A stretch of DNA of 64,000 nt from a virus (lineage: Duplodnaviria; Caudoviricetes), in IMG/VR virus record IMGVR_UViG_3300014208_000024, positions 128,001 to 192,000 of that record. One strand, given 5' to 3'. The position numbers and the translations under genes were made by a program. Below, in pieces: positions 8,557 to 18,652 of the stretch (the stretch's first letter is position 1; each line of letters opens with the position of its first letter). Below the pieces are notes generated by a model, which worked only from the letters and a program-made list of their open reading frames with translations, made no database searches and was not told where the DNA came from.

Positions 8557-11500
8557 TTACTTTACACGTTTAAATTTAGCATTTGACTTGAAGTTTATAA
8601 ACCCCTTTGCATTTTTAACAAATTCAGATATATAAACACCTTTGTTTTGAGCATTTGCTTTAACCAAATCGTATATATCTCCATCAACTTTTTTTCTCGC
8701 TGGAAAAACCCTTAAACTAGTAGTACTTATTCCATCACCAACTTTAATGTTTAAATAGTTACCACCCTTTTCAGAAACAGCTTCTTGTACATTGTCCAAA
8801 TAAAAAAAATAATAATCATTATCTGAAAAATTAAGTATGCTTTCAATTACTCTACCAGCTCTTTTGTGAAGCTCCATTTTAATAGCAGCCATTTCTTCTA
8901 TTTTGTTTAAATCAAAGTTGCAAACATCTATAAATTCTCTGTTTTTTTGAATAGGTGTGGTTTGAGCAAATGAGTCGTTTTTCATTACAGTATTAAATTC
9001 ATCTGAATTGAGATCAAAAAGCGCCAATTGACCTGGGAGGTCTTTCTTTTTCTTTTTAGTTTTGAGTTGAATTAAATAATCTCTAGATTCTGACCAATCA
9101 TCAAAAATTCCAGCTTTTACACATACCTCGAAAACTTTCTTATTAAAAGCTGAAAAAGGTAAACTGAAAAATTTAAGTAATTTAATCGATTGAAATGTTT
9201 CATTAGATTTATTTAAAAGATTCATCAATTCTACATATGCTTTATCTCCAAATCCATTAATACCAGAAAATCCCATAGAAATTTCTTTTTCACCTGTCAT
9301 TGTCCACATCCACCCAGATCTCCTTGATGGGGGTGCTATTTTTATTCCCTTTGACATTGCAGATGCAATCGCAGATGCAATCCATTGTTTTTCTTTTTCT
9401 TTGTCGTTGTTTGATTTTATATGATTTAATAATGCTGTATAAAATTCTGTGGGGTAATAATGTTTCAAAAAAAGAGTCTGACACGCTATGTATGAATAAC
9501 ATACGCAATGAGATTTATTGAACGAATATCCCAAATATTTGATCATCCAATTCTTAATTTCTTCCATCACTTCTTTTTGGTACCCATTTTTAACCGCCCC
9601 TTCTAAAAACTTATTCCAATACTTAGAAAAGTTCTTATATGCCCCACTATTTCTTTCTTCTTCATTTAAAATTTCCCCCTTAGCCTCTTTATCAATAAAC
9701 TTTGCGGCTTTATCCATATATCTTCTTAACATATCCCCCTCACCAAGACTCATTCCTCCAATTTTATTGGCTATAAACATTACTTGCTCTTGAAAAATTA
9801 ATACTCCATTAGATTCCCCTATGATAGTTTCAAGTATTGGATGAAGATATTTTATTTCTTCTGGTTTAAATTTGTTTTTCACATAATCGTGATGTGCAAA
9901 AATCCCCATTGGTCCTGGCCTATAAAGAGCATTTGCTGCAACTAATTCTTTAAAGTTTTCAACCTTTATTCCTTTAATTAAAGCATTCATTCCAGCACTC
10001 TCAAACTGAAACACACCCTGATTTAATCCAAGTCTTAATTCTGTGTAAATATTTTGATCTTCTAAGTTTAAATAGTCAACTTGTTCTGTAATATCAATTC
10101 CTTTACTTTTTTTAATTAACTCTATTGAATCTTTTACAACATTTAAAGTTTCAAGACTAAGCATATCAAGCTTTAAAATTCCAAGCTCCGATAAGTCCTT
10201 ATTGCTTCCATCAGCTTCAGAAAAGGCTGTTACAACACTTTTATTCGAGGCTATTATATTGGTGGGAACATCATTCCAACACGCAGATGGGGTAATTACA
10301 ACCCCAGCCGCATGCTGTCCAACACCTCTAATTTGTCCTTGTAACTTCAGTGTCTGTTCGAGAATTTTTCTATTTGTTGGATCTGTTAACCATTGTCTTA
10401 CTGGAGGAGAACAATCTTTTTCTTTAGGCCATTGTTCGAACCAATCTTTTAGCGTATAATCTACTTTAGCCCATTCTGGCATTTCTTTGGTTACTTGAAA
10501 AACAACAGAATCATACCCAGTTGCCTCTTCTCCGTGATGTGCTCTTACAACATCTTTTAAACATCCTTTTTCGTTAAATGTAGAAAAAGTAGATACATGT
10601 AATATTCTTTCTTTTCCGTATTTATTAATAAGAAATTCTTCTGTAATATGACGTGTGTCAGCCATGTAATCTATGTCAAGGTCAGGAGGAGACATTCTTG
10701 TAGGATTAAGAAATCTTTCAAAATATAATCCAAATCGTATGGGGTCGATTTTTGTAATATCAAGGCACCATGTAAGCAAACAACCAGCGGCTGATCCTCT
10801 TCCTGGACCTACGTCATAACCCATTTTTCTATAATATTGAATAATTTCCCAATTTACTAGAAAATAATCCAACATATTTTTTTCTTCAATTACACTTATT
10901 TCATAATTTAAACGATCTACATATTCTTTTATCTTTTCATTATTGATTTCAACAAGTTTATTTTCTTTGTATTTATTAAGTTTTTGTTTAAGTTTTAAAA
11001 ATGCAATTTTTTTAATAATTTCATTAGACTCTTTAGATTTACAATATTTTACAACATCTTCTGTAGGTTCATATTTTGGGAATTTTTCTACACCTATTTC
11101 AAAATCAAAATTACATTTTTCTGCAACTTCCAGTGTGTTTTCTAAACATAGATCAATAAAGTCTTTTCTATAATCATATCCAAATTTATAACTAAAATTA
11201 TAAATATCTTCACTACTCGCATAAAACAAACTTCTAGCATTCAATTTAAAAGAATGTCCAAGCTGACTTTTTTGATTTATTGCTATAAGAGTATCTTGAA
11301 GTTCCGAATCCTCTGGCAATGCATAATGAACATCCGATGTGATAATTATTTTCACATTATATTTACTTGCCATTTCAATAATAAAACTATTATAAACTTT
11401 TTGAATACTTAATTCGTTTAATTGAATTTCTGCATAAAAATCTTCTCCAAATTCATCTTTCAATTTTTTAAAATACAATTCTGCTTCTTGTTCTTTTTTA

Positions 11501-12060
11501 TCCATTAACAATTTTCCAACATAACTTGCCATACAAGAAGTTGTAATAATCAACCCCTCCTTACAATCCAATAACCATTCTGTTTTAATTCTTCCTCTTT
11601 TATAAAAACCTTCATTAAAAGATCTATATGCTAATTTGTTTGCATTTATAAATCCCTGCTTGTTTTTTACCAATATTATTTGATGAGAGTTTCCTCCTTC
11701 ATATTTTTTCTCCTCAAAATCCCCCATTTTATCATTCACATATGCCTCAAATCCTATAATCGGTTTTATTCCAGCCTTTTTACATTTTCTATAAAATTCA
11801 AATGTTCCAGAAAGGGTTCCATGATCAGTAATGGCAATTGCTGGGTGATTATATTTTTTAGCAAGCTTTATGTAATTATCTATACTTCCACAACCATCAA
11901 GGATGCTGTGAAAGGAATGGAGGTGTAAATGAACAAATGGCTTATATAAACCATTTGTATTATCTACTCCTTGAGAAGTTCTAATATCAACTATTTGGTT
12001 TTTATCTATTTGATTGTTAGCCGTTCTCATATCTAGGCTATCTATATCTATTTTATCCAT
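8557..12060 (-). CDS. dnaE: DNA polymerase III alpha subunit (family C, DnaE)
   Basis: PHP HLHLHS/TDHG/GFEAY/SDVHY; GPGRGSAAG; PPDLDID and KLDML catalytic Asp; YSFNKSH; clamp-type motif QLALF. Confidence 0.95.
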   Translation of the reverse strand: MDKIDIDSLDMRTANNQIDKNQIVDIRTSQGVDNTNGLYKPFVHLHLHSFHSILDGCGSIDNYIKLAKKYNHPAIAITDHGTLSGTFEFYRKCKKAGIKPIIGFEAYVNDKMGDFEEKKYEGGNSHQIILVKNKQGFINANKLAYRSFNEGFYKRGRIKTEWLLDCKEGLIITTSCMASYVGKLLMDKKEQEAELYFKKLKDEFGEDFYAEIQLNELSIQKVYNSFIIEMASKYNVKIIITSDVHYALPEDSELQDTLIAINQKSQLGHSFKLNARSLFYASSEDIYNFSYKFGYDYRKDFIDLCLENTLEVAEKCNFDFEIGVEKFPKYEPTEDVVKYCKSKESNEIIKKIAFLKLKQKLNKYKENKLVEINNEKIKEYVDRLNYEISVIEEKNMLDYFLVNWEIIQYYRKMGYDVGPGRGSAAGCLLTWCLDITKIDPIRFGLYFERFLNPTRMSPPDLDIDYMADTRHITEEFLINKYGKERILHVSTFSTFNEKGCLKDVVRAHHGEEATGYDSVVFQVTKEMPEWAKVDYTLKDWFEQWPKEKDCSPPVRQWLTDPTNRKILEQTLKLQGQIRGVGQHAAGVVITPSACWNDVPTNIIASNKSVVTAFSEADGSNKDLSELGILKLDMLSLETLNVVKDSIELIKKSKGIDITEQVDYLNLEDQNIYTELRLGLNQGVFQFESAGMNALIKGIKVENFKELVAANALYRPGPMGIFAHHDYVKNKFKPEEIKYLHPILETIIGESNGVLIFQEQVMFIANKIGGMSLGEGDMLRRYMDKAAKFIDKEAKGEILNEEERNSGAYKNFSKYWNKFLEGAVKNGYQKEVMEEIKNWMIKYLGYSFNKSHCVCYSYIACQTLFLKHYYPTEFYTALLNHIKSNNDKEKEKQWIASAIASAMSKGIKIAPPSRRSGWMWTMTGEKEISMGFSGINGFGDKAYVELMNLLNKSNETFQSIKLLKFFSLPFSAFNKKVFEVCVKAGIFDDWSESRDYLIQLKTKKKKKDLPGQLALFDLNSDEFNTVMKNDSFAQTTPIQKNREFIDVCNFDLNKIEEMAAIKMELHKRAGRVIESILNFSDNDYYFFYLDNVQEAVSEKGGNYLNIKVGDGISTTSLRVFPARKKVDGDIYDLVKANAQNKGVYISEFVKNAKGFINFKSNAKFKRVK

Positions 12061-12076
12061 TTTTTAAAAGTATACG

Positions 12077-12107
12077 CAAATATAATAAAAAGTTACGACT
12101 TTTCATA
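12077..12107 (-). promoter_or_regulatory. Bacteroidota-type promoter upstream of dnaE
   Basis: Minus-strand TATATTTG at 12084-12077 with TATG 19 nt upstream. Confidence 0.55.
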
Positions 12108-12111
12108 AAAA

Positions 12112-12132
12112 AAGCCAGAAAAAATCTGGCTT
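12112..12132 (-). terminator. Intrinsic terminator
   Basis: AAGCCAGA-N5-TCTGGCTT with minus-strand T run, at end of the portal block. Confidence 0.7.
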
Positions 12133-12343
12133 AACTGTAATCACTTTGATAATCTTGTCTTTGTCGGATGATATTCTTTTTTATTTTCTTACCCAATTTT
12201 TCTATACTTTTTGATTTTTTTCTTAAAAAAGAACACCACTTTCTAGAAATTGGTCTTTTTACAAAATTTTGAATATCTATTTCTAATTCACATGTTAAAG
12301 ACTTACATTTTTTCCAATCTTCTTTTAAATTATAAAAATCCAT
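12131..12343 (-). CDS. Small basic helical hypothetical protein
   Basis: 70-aa ORF directly after portal stop; K/R-rich C-terminal half. Confidence 0.55.
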   Translation of the reverse strand: MDFYNLKEDWKKCKSLTCELEIDIQNFVKRPISRKWCSFLRKKSKSIEKLGKKIKKNIIRQRQDYQSDYS

Positions 12344-12348
12344 CGCTT

Positions 12349-15300
12349 TTATTCTTTGGATATAATTTTATCTAAATCATCGAATATTTCTTTTGTTTTT
12401 TGATTGTTTCTTTCATTACTTTCAAATAAAACATCAGAATTTTTATTTTCTTCTTCAGTTTCTTCTTCTAAAATAACTTTTTGTTGTGGAATTTTTACGC
12501 TATTAATTGTTCTGTCAAGAGATTCTAATAATTTTTTAGTTTTAACATTCATTGATTTATTTTTTTTCACCAAAACATTATCTTCTTTCTCTCTTTTTTC
12601 TTTCATTAGTTTTATCATTTCTTCATCTGGGCCCAATAATTCATTAATGAGATTTTTCATCCTCTTATCTGATTTTCTCATAATATTATTAATTTTTCCC
12701 TCTGCCATGGTAGGTGGTTCTTCTGGACTTTCGCCACCCTCTGGAGCTTCCCCTTCTGGTGCTCCACCTTCTGGGGCTTCTCCTGGTGCTCCACCCGCTC
12801 CCATATCTAATCCACCACCAAGACCACCAAGGCTTCCTCCGCCTCCACCACTCATTCCTGCTCCCATATCTCCTTCTTCTCCTCCTTCTCCTGCACCCAT
12901 TCCTGCGGCTGCAGCTGCGGCTGCTTCTGGATCTTCATATCTATCATCAAGTTCATCAAATAGTCCAATTTTCTTATATGTCTCAACTGCACTTTCAATT
13001 TCGGCAAATATTTTCTTTTCAACTTTTTTCTGCTTTAACATAAGTTTAATGTCGGATTTTGAAAATCCTAAAATATTTTCCATTGCCCATGTGTAAGATG
13101 ATGGAGATGTTGCTTCTGTGTTAAAAAATTCTTTAAACACTTCTAGTCTTGCTTTCATTGTTTCCAATTTTAGCAATTCTTGCTGTGTTGATGGATTGGT
13201 TAGTGTAAGATTAAAATTATCTAAATCATCTTCAAATCCTAAGAAATATAAATGAACATTAGCAACTCTCCTTAATTCTAATAATACTGCTTCTTGAATA
13301 GAGTTTATTGTCCTTGAAAATCTAATGTCTGCTTGTGAAAGAGTGCTTCCTCCTGGCATTGATTCTCCAAAATTTAAATAGGTTTTTGGAACCTGTAACG
13401 CTGCAAAAAGTTTGTTTTGAAGATACTCAATATCGTGAATGTCGCCCAGATTTGAATTTTTCGTAAACACTCCACATGCCAAAGAAAAATTATGATAATC
13501 GTGATATGTTTCATTCCCATCAATCGTAATAGTTCCAGTGTCTTGTTTTTCTTCTAAATATTCAATAGACACAATTTTATGATTAAATAGTTCTATTTTA
13601 TTTTTAAAATCTCTCCAATTTTTATATCCAAAAGATTTCATCATTTTATAAAGATTATTATGAGTAAATCCATTTTTCATTTTTTGAAGCTGTTTGTTTC
13701 CTTTGTTTAAAAAATTAAACTCAATCATAAATATAGAATGTTCTAAATTTATATCCTTTAATATTTCTTCCGTAGGCATCCCGTCTTTAAATCTATTTAC
13801 TACAAATTGAAGAAGTTTGTTTGAGTATTTTATAGTTTGTTTTTCGGCAACAGCACTTCTAAAACAATTGTCTTTCCATTGTAATCTTGCATAAGTAGAT
13901 TGTCTTTCTTTATTTTCTTTTGTGTTTTTTGATATTTTTAAAGATTTGCTAGTTTTTTTATAAAATTCTTTTTTGTATTTTTCATCTTTTAATAATTCTT
14001 GTAATTTATCAGAACCTTTTTGAAAATTCCTTATCGCTATTTTTCTTTTTTCTACCAGATCACTTTCTGAAATGTTTTCCCAATATTCTTTCAACCCATT
14101 TTTTCTTTTTTCTTTCCATTGATTAACTTTTTCTTTTCCAAAATATTCAATTAAGTTTTTCACATTATCTTGATGGTAATAAAAATGATCTTTAGAATTA
14201 ATAAAACACAAATTTTGTGGTTCATTGTTATATCTATTAAAATCCTTGTGATGTATAGTTCCTTTTTCTAAGTTTTTAAATTCATTTAAATAAGAAAATT
14301 TTTCTTCCAAATTTAAAGTTTTAAAATAATTTGCAATTAACCTATGTGTATAAACCCATTTATTTGTACTATGATCATAAATCATTTCATATGTGTTTCT
14401 ACGTCTTTTTTTTCCAGCACCTTTTATTTTTTCGAATTTTTTATTAAAACTCCATAAAGATTCTCCAATGGACAAATCTTTTGCCTCTTTTTCTCCGTTA
14501 AAACGTGTTGGGAAATTATGATCTGGTGTGCAAATAATATATTCACCATTATCTAAAGTAATTTTCACCACCTCTGTGTTTTTACGAGTTACTCCAGCCC
14601 ACGATATAACCCCAGGTACCATTTTTCCAGTTTTTGAATTAATGGAATATGCCCACAACTGTTTTCCACCTTCATATTCTTTAATTATATCTTTCAATTC
14701 AAGAATTCTACCATCCAACATCGGAATTTTCGTATCTAAAGCAAGACAAGCACCTGGTAAAGTTTCTATTTTTGAAGATTTATCTCCTCTAACGGGAATC
14801 CAATAATCCTCTGTTACATTTTCTGGATCATATTTTTGTGTCATATTACCAGTTCTAACGTCAACGATTGGTTGTTTTCTAATTTGATTTTGAACTTTTC
14901 CCATGTATTGTTTCACATCTGCATCAGGTAAATTTCCAACCTCAATATAAAAAACCCTTCTTTCTGGGGCTCTTGTAATACGATACACTAACATTGCATC
15001 TTCTGCAAGTTGTAATTGTTTCCAAAGTTTTCTGCTTGAATCTAAAATTGATCTTCCGTAAGGTAGTTTTCTGCTATCTTCTAACAATCTAAAGTGAGCA
15101 ATTTGCCATTCTTCGAAATAATCTCCAGTTGTTTCCCATCTAAATCTTATTGATGATGTTCTTCCGTCACAACCTTCTTCTCTATGAACTTCTTCCATTG
15201 GAAGTGTCATAAAATCATAAACACCAGCTTGTTTGTCAATTTGTAACATTACAAAATAATCACCATACTTTACCAAATCTCTTATCCAAAGCCTTAAATT

Positions 15301-15729
15301 AAAATCAACATTTAAAACATTCTTAAATAAATCTTGTAAAACTTGTTTAACCCTTTTGTTCTCTGAGTAAATTTCTAATATATTACCTTTTTCACTTCTC
15401 GTTAAAGCCTCATCTCTTATGATGTTGAGCGCCGCTGCTATCTCTGGGGTTCCGTCCATAGCTCTAAAATCTTGATATGCACTTATTCTATCAGTGTCAT
15501 AATAAACTGTTCTTGTATATAAATCATGAGCAATCTTTGTTACTTGCCAGTCTAAAAACTGTTGTTGCATACTTTCTACACCACCTTTTGGATCAAGAGA
15601 TGGCATTGTTTGAGTAACACTCATTCCTGCAGATTGTGGATCAATTGAGCTTTTTTTTCTTCTATTAGAATTAATAGCATCTAACACACCACCAAATATA
15701 CTTGTTCTCTTTTTTTTATCTTCTGCCAT
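12349..15729 (-). CDS. gp20: Portal protein (T4 gp20-like) with intein
   Basis: YQDFRAMDGTPEIAAALNII, WIRDLVKYGD, QLAEDAMLVYRITRAPERRVFYIEVGNLP, EDYWIPVRG, IETLPGA|..|SNLGDIHDIEYL. Confidence 0.92.
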   Translation of the reverse strand: MAEDKKKRTSIFGGVLDAINSNRRKKSSIDPQSAGMSVTQTMPSLDPKGGVESMQQQFLDWQVTKIAHDLYTRTVYYDTDRISAYQDFRAMDGTPEIAAALNIIRDEALTRSEKGNILEIYSENKRVKQVLQDLFKNVLNVDFNLRLWIRDLVKYGDYFVMLQIDKQAGVYDFMTLPMEEVHREEGCDGRTSSIRFRWETTGDYFEEWQIAHFRLLEDSRKLPYGRSILDSSRKLWKQLQLAEDAMLVYRITRAPERRVFYIEVGNLPDADVKQYMGKVQNQIRKQPIVDVRTGNMTQKYDPENVTEDYWIPVRGDKSSKIETLPGACLALDTKIPMLDGRILELKDIIKEYEGGKQLWAYSINSKTGKMVPGVISWAGVTRKNTEVVKITLDNGEYIICTPDHNFPTRFNGEKEAKDLSIGESLWSFNKKFEKIKGAGKKRRRNTYEMIYDHSTNKWVYTHRLIANYFKTLNLEEKFSYLNEFKNLEKGTIHHKDFNRYNNEPQNLCFINSKDHFYYHQDNVKNLIEYFGKEKVNQWKEKRKNGLKEYWENISESDLVEKRKIAIRNFQKGSDKLQELLKDEKYKKEFYKKTSKSLKISKNTKENKERQSTYARLQWKDNCFRSAVAEKQTIKYSNKLLQFVVNRFKDGMPTEEILKDINLEHSIFMIEFNFLNKGNKQLQKMKNGFTHNNLYKMMKSFGYKNWRDFKNKIELFNHKIVSIEYLEEKQDTGTITIDGNETYHDYHNFSLACGVFTKNSNLGDIHDIEYLQNKLFAALQVPKTYLNFGESMPGGSTLSQADIRFSRTINSIQEAVLLELRRVANVHLYFLGFEDDLDNFNLTLTNPSTQQELLKLETMKARLEVFKEFFNTEATSPSSYTWAMENILGFSKSDIKLMLKQKKVEKKIFAEIESAVETYKKIGLFDELDDRYEDPEAAAAAAAGMGAGEGGEEGDMGAGMSGGGGGSLGGLGGGLDMGAGGAPGEAPEGGAPEGEAPEGGESPEEPPTMAEGKINNIMRKSDKRMKNLINELLGPDEEMIKLMKEKREKEDNVLVKKNKSMNVKTKKLLESLDRTINSVKIPQQKVILEEETEEENKNSDVLFESNERNNQKTKEIFDDLDKIISKE
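13456..14748 (-). mobile_element. Intein (431 aa) with HNH-type endonuclease in portal
   Basis: N-junction PGA|CLALDTKI; block B TPDH; HNH motif IHHKDFNRYNNEPQNL; C-junction GVFTKN|S. Removal restores IETLPGASNLGDI. Confidence 0.88.
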
Positions 15730-15769
15730 TTGTTTTTTTTTAATAAATATAGTAATTTTTAATTTAAAA

Positions 15770-18586
15770 TCAAGCTTTTTTATTTGTTGGACTTAACAAC
15801 CAACTAACATCATCAAAATCATCTATTTCATTGTCTTTCTTATTGGAAAAATTATTGAAAAATATTCCTCCAGCATCTGGAGAATCTTTTGAATCTTTAA
15901 TTCCTGCTGGATTTGAATCGAAATCTTGTCCATCAATTGATTTACTTATGAAACCAATAGCATCAAGCATCCCTTTATACATTTCTTTTGTTGCAGCTGC
16001 ATTTTGATATTCTGTATCTCTAATAAACAATGCTATTGCCAAAGCAAATATTAAGTCATCGTTTTTTCCCTTCTCTGCTTCTGGCCTTTCTCCATTTTGA
16101 ATAAATGTTTTTAATTCACTCATTAAATGTTTTGAATAAATTTTTAAAGTACCCTCTCTCATATGAACTCTTAAATTGTTCACAACAAGCGGTCTTGTTC
16201 TTTTTGTTGTTTGGAACCCTGGAATTATTTCATTTTCTGCCACCTTATAATCATAAGGTCTAACATAAATTTCTTGAATATTTTTAGAATAATACATCCT
16301 TCCATAATCCATTTTTCTACTTAAATCAATTGCTGTTGCTAATCCAAAACTATTACATTCAACAACCAAATAAGCTTCTCCGTAATCCATCCCAACATTA
16401 TAAATTACATGAGCAAAAAGATCTGGTGCAACCTTAGCTCTATATTCTGCTACAACCTCCAAAGTGTCTATGTCAATTATTTGAATTGTAGAGTAGTCTG
16501 TACCGTCTCCACGGGCCACGTCAGCACCGACAATGTACTTGTGTCCTGGAATGTATTTTTTGAATATTTGAAAATTTGTTTCATAATTAACAAATCTTTC
16601 TCCTGGGCTATTTCTATAATCGTAATATGTTTTATTTTTTTCTAATAACCTATATTCTTCCAACAATAAACGCTTTTCATATTTGTTTACTAATTCATTT
16701 TCAATAGCCAAACGTTTTGACCCTTCAAAAGATAAATCAAGTTCTTGTGCAATTTTTACCCTATCATATTGCATCCTTTTACATTCACCTTCATACCAAG
16801 GACTCCAATATACTTTTTCTCCACTTTCATCTTCTCTCAATTCCATTCCCTCAGAAGAAAATGGATTTTGAGTCCAATGGACTTTTGTTGGAACAAAATC
16901 ATCATTGTTAAAATCTACTTCTTTTTTGTCTGCTTCAGTCCAAATATTGTGATACAAATTTGACGTACCATTTGGGGTTGAAACCATTATACATTTCCCT
17001 TGAGTTGCTGAAAGAGCAAGACCAGCTGCCATCCAAATTTTATCTGCATAATCAATAAATGCAGTTTCATCAAGAACCAATAAAGTTAAAGAATCTCCAC
17101 GACCAGCTTCGGGGCTACTTGCTTTAGCTTTTGCAAAAGATTTGTTTCCTAATTGGATTTCTTTTTGGTTATCAACCATTCTTGTTCCATTATTAGGCAA
17201 AAGCCATGCTGGTGTATAATCTATAAATTGTTTTACCGCAGATAAAAACCTAATTGCTCCACCTCCATCATTTGCAATAATTAATATTTTCTCATCTCTT
17301 CTGAAAATTAATCTCCAAGCAACATATCCAGCTGTAATTACAGAAAGCCCTGTGTTGTGAGTTAACAATCCGTTTATTAAAAAATTTTCATTTTTTTCAA
17401 CAGAAATATCAAAACATTTTTTTACTTCAGTCTTTTCTATTTTTTTAATTATGGAATTATTTTTTACATCATGTTTATAATTTTCACATATTTCATAATG
17501 TTCTTTTTTCGTTTTTTCAAATATTCCAATATCTTTAACAAATTTAATTGCACTTTTTGAATGTGTAATTCTTAGTTTGAAAAATTTGTTTTTTTGAAGT
17601 TTCATGTTTTTGACTTCATATATATTACACTTAATTTCAAACTTTTTTAATAATAATTTAATTTGTTCAAGAAAATGAATACTTGGAGACGCAATGCCAA
17701 TTTCTAGTCTTTTACTTTTTTTCTTTTTATGAATGCTAATCCATCCATCGCCAGCAAACATTCTGTTTATCAAAAGTGAAACACTTTGTTTGTCCCAGTT
17801 GAAAACTTCTTTTGGTAAAATTTTTCCTTCTGTTTTTTTATTTCCTATATTCATCTTTTTGCACCATTTCATCAAAGAGTTTTCTGTACTTGCTCCGTGT
17901 TTTTGATGTGGATAATAATCAAACCCTTTAAGTTTCTTTGATTTTCTTATTTCTAAATCTGGAAATATTTTATTTACGCTTTCTTCAAATTCTTTTAAAT
18001 ATTCTAAATTATTATTTGTAAATTTAACTTGATTAATTGTACAACCATCTGTAATCAAATAAGATAAAATTTTAATTTCATCTTTATTAACACATTGATC
18101 ACCAAAACCTAAGTTAACATCTAAAATTTCATCTCCACGTTGTAAATCTATGGCTTTAACCCATCCTTTGTTTTTTACAAAAAATGGATGATTTTCACCA
18201 ACTTCAAAATTTCTTGTATCTTGTAATTTAAACTTAACACACTGTCTATCTCCACTACACCAAGAATCTTTAATATAATCGATTTCTAATTTTTCCGTTT
18301 CTAAATTAAACGAATATAATTCATCTCCAATTTTAAAATTTTCAATTAATTTTGGACCACTAGGTGTATCAACAAATGTTCCTTCTGGAAGACATTGGCG
18401 ACTTTTTAAAACAACATTATTTCTATATTTATGAAATTTGTAAACACATTCTTCTTGATATTCAAAACATGTCATTTTTTGCACACGCTGTTTTCGTGCA
18501 TCAAAAACATATCCATAGTTATTTAAATAATAAACTGGATTTGTAGCACACTTTATAAATTCATCTTGACGTTCTTGTAAACTCAT
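15770..18586 (-). CDS. gp17: Terminase large subunit (T4 gp17-like) with intein
   Basis: LKSRQ|..|TGLS Walker A region; LLVLDETAFI Walker B; STPNG; nuclease VGADVARGDGTDYS and NDDLIFAL. Confidence 0.92.
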   Translation of the reverse strand: MSLQERQDEFIKCATNPVYYLNNYGYVFDARKQRVQKMTCFEYQEECVYKFHKYRNNVVLKSRQCLPEGTFVDTPSGPKLIENFKIGDELYSFNLETEKLEIDYIKDSWCSGDRQCVKFKLQDTRNFEVGENHPFFVKNKGWVKAIDLQRGDEILDVNLGFGDQCVNKDEIKILSYLITDGCTINQVKFTNNNLEYLKEFEESVNKIFPDLEIRKSKKLKGFDYYPHQKHGASTENSLMKWCKKMNIGNKKTEGKILPKEVFNWDKQSVSLLINRMFAGDGWISIHKKKKSKRLEIGIASPSIHFLEQIKLLLKKFEIKCNIYEVKNMKLQKNKFFKLRITHSKSAIKFVKDIGIFEKTKKEHYEICENYKHDVKNNSIIKKIEKTEVKKCFDISVEKNENFLINGLLTHNTGLSVITAGYVAWRLIFRRDEKILIIANDGGGAIRFLSAVKQFIDYTPAWLLPNNGTRMVDNQKEIQLGNKSFAKAKASSPEAGRGDSLTLLVLDETAFIDYADKIWMAAGLALSATQGKCIMVSTPNGTSNLYHNIWTEADKKEVDFNNDDFVPTKVHWTQNPFSSEGMELREDESGEKVYWSPWYEGECKRMQYDRVKIAQELDLSFEGSKRLAIENELVNKYEKRLLLEEYRLLEKNKTYYDYRNSPGERFVNYETNFQIFKKYIPGHKYIVGADVARGDGTDYSTIQIIDIDTLEVVAEYRAKVAPDLFAHVIYNVGMDYGEAYLVVECNSFGLATAIDLSRKMDYGRMYYSKNIQEIYVRPYDYKVAENEIIPGFQTTKRTRPLVVNNLRVHMREGTLKIYSKHLMSELKTFIQNGERPEAEKGKNDDLIFALAIALFIRDTEYQNAAATKEMYKGMLDAIGFISKSIDGQDFDSNPAGIKDSKDSPDAGGIFFNNFSNKKDNEIDDFDDVSWLLSPTNKKA
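17354..18394 (-). mobile_element. Intein (347 aa) with LAGLIDADG endonuclease in terminase
   Basis: KSRQ|CLPEGTFV; ENHPF; LSYLITDG and RMFAGDG LAGLIDADG helices; FDISVE...LLTHN|T. Confidence 0.92.
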
Positions 18587-18597
18587 TATGTTTTCTG

Positions 18598-18606
18598 TAT
18601 AAATAG
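18598..18606 (-). promoter_or_regulatory. Putative late-promoter motif CTATTTATA (terminase)
   Basis: 11 nt upstream of terminase ATG; motif recurs before most structural genes. Confidence 0.6.
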
Positions 18607-18652
18607 ATCAAAAAAACACAATATGCTAATAATTAAGCTTTAAACAGTTTTT

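Noticed and set aside
12404-13096. 230-aa and 109-aa plus-strand ORFs
   Set aside because: Antisense shadows of the GC-richer low-complexity portal tail; S/P/F-rich with no start context.
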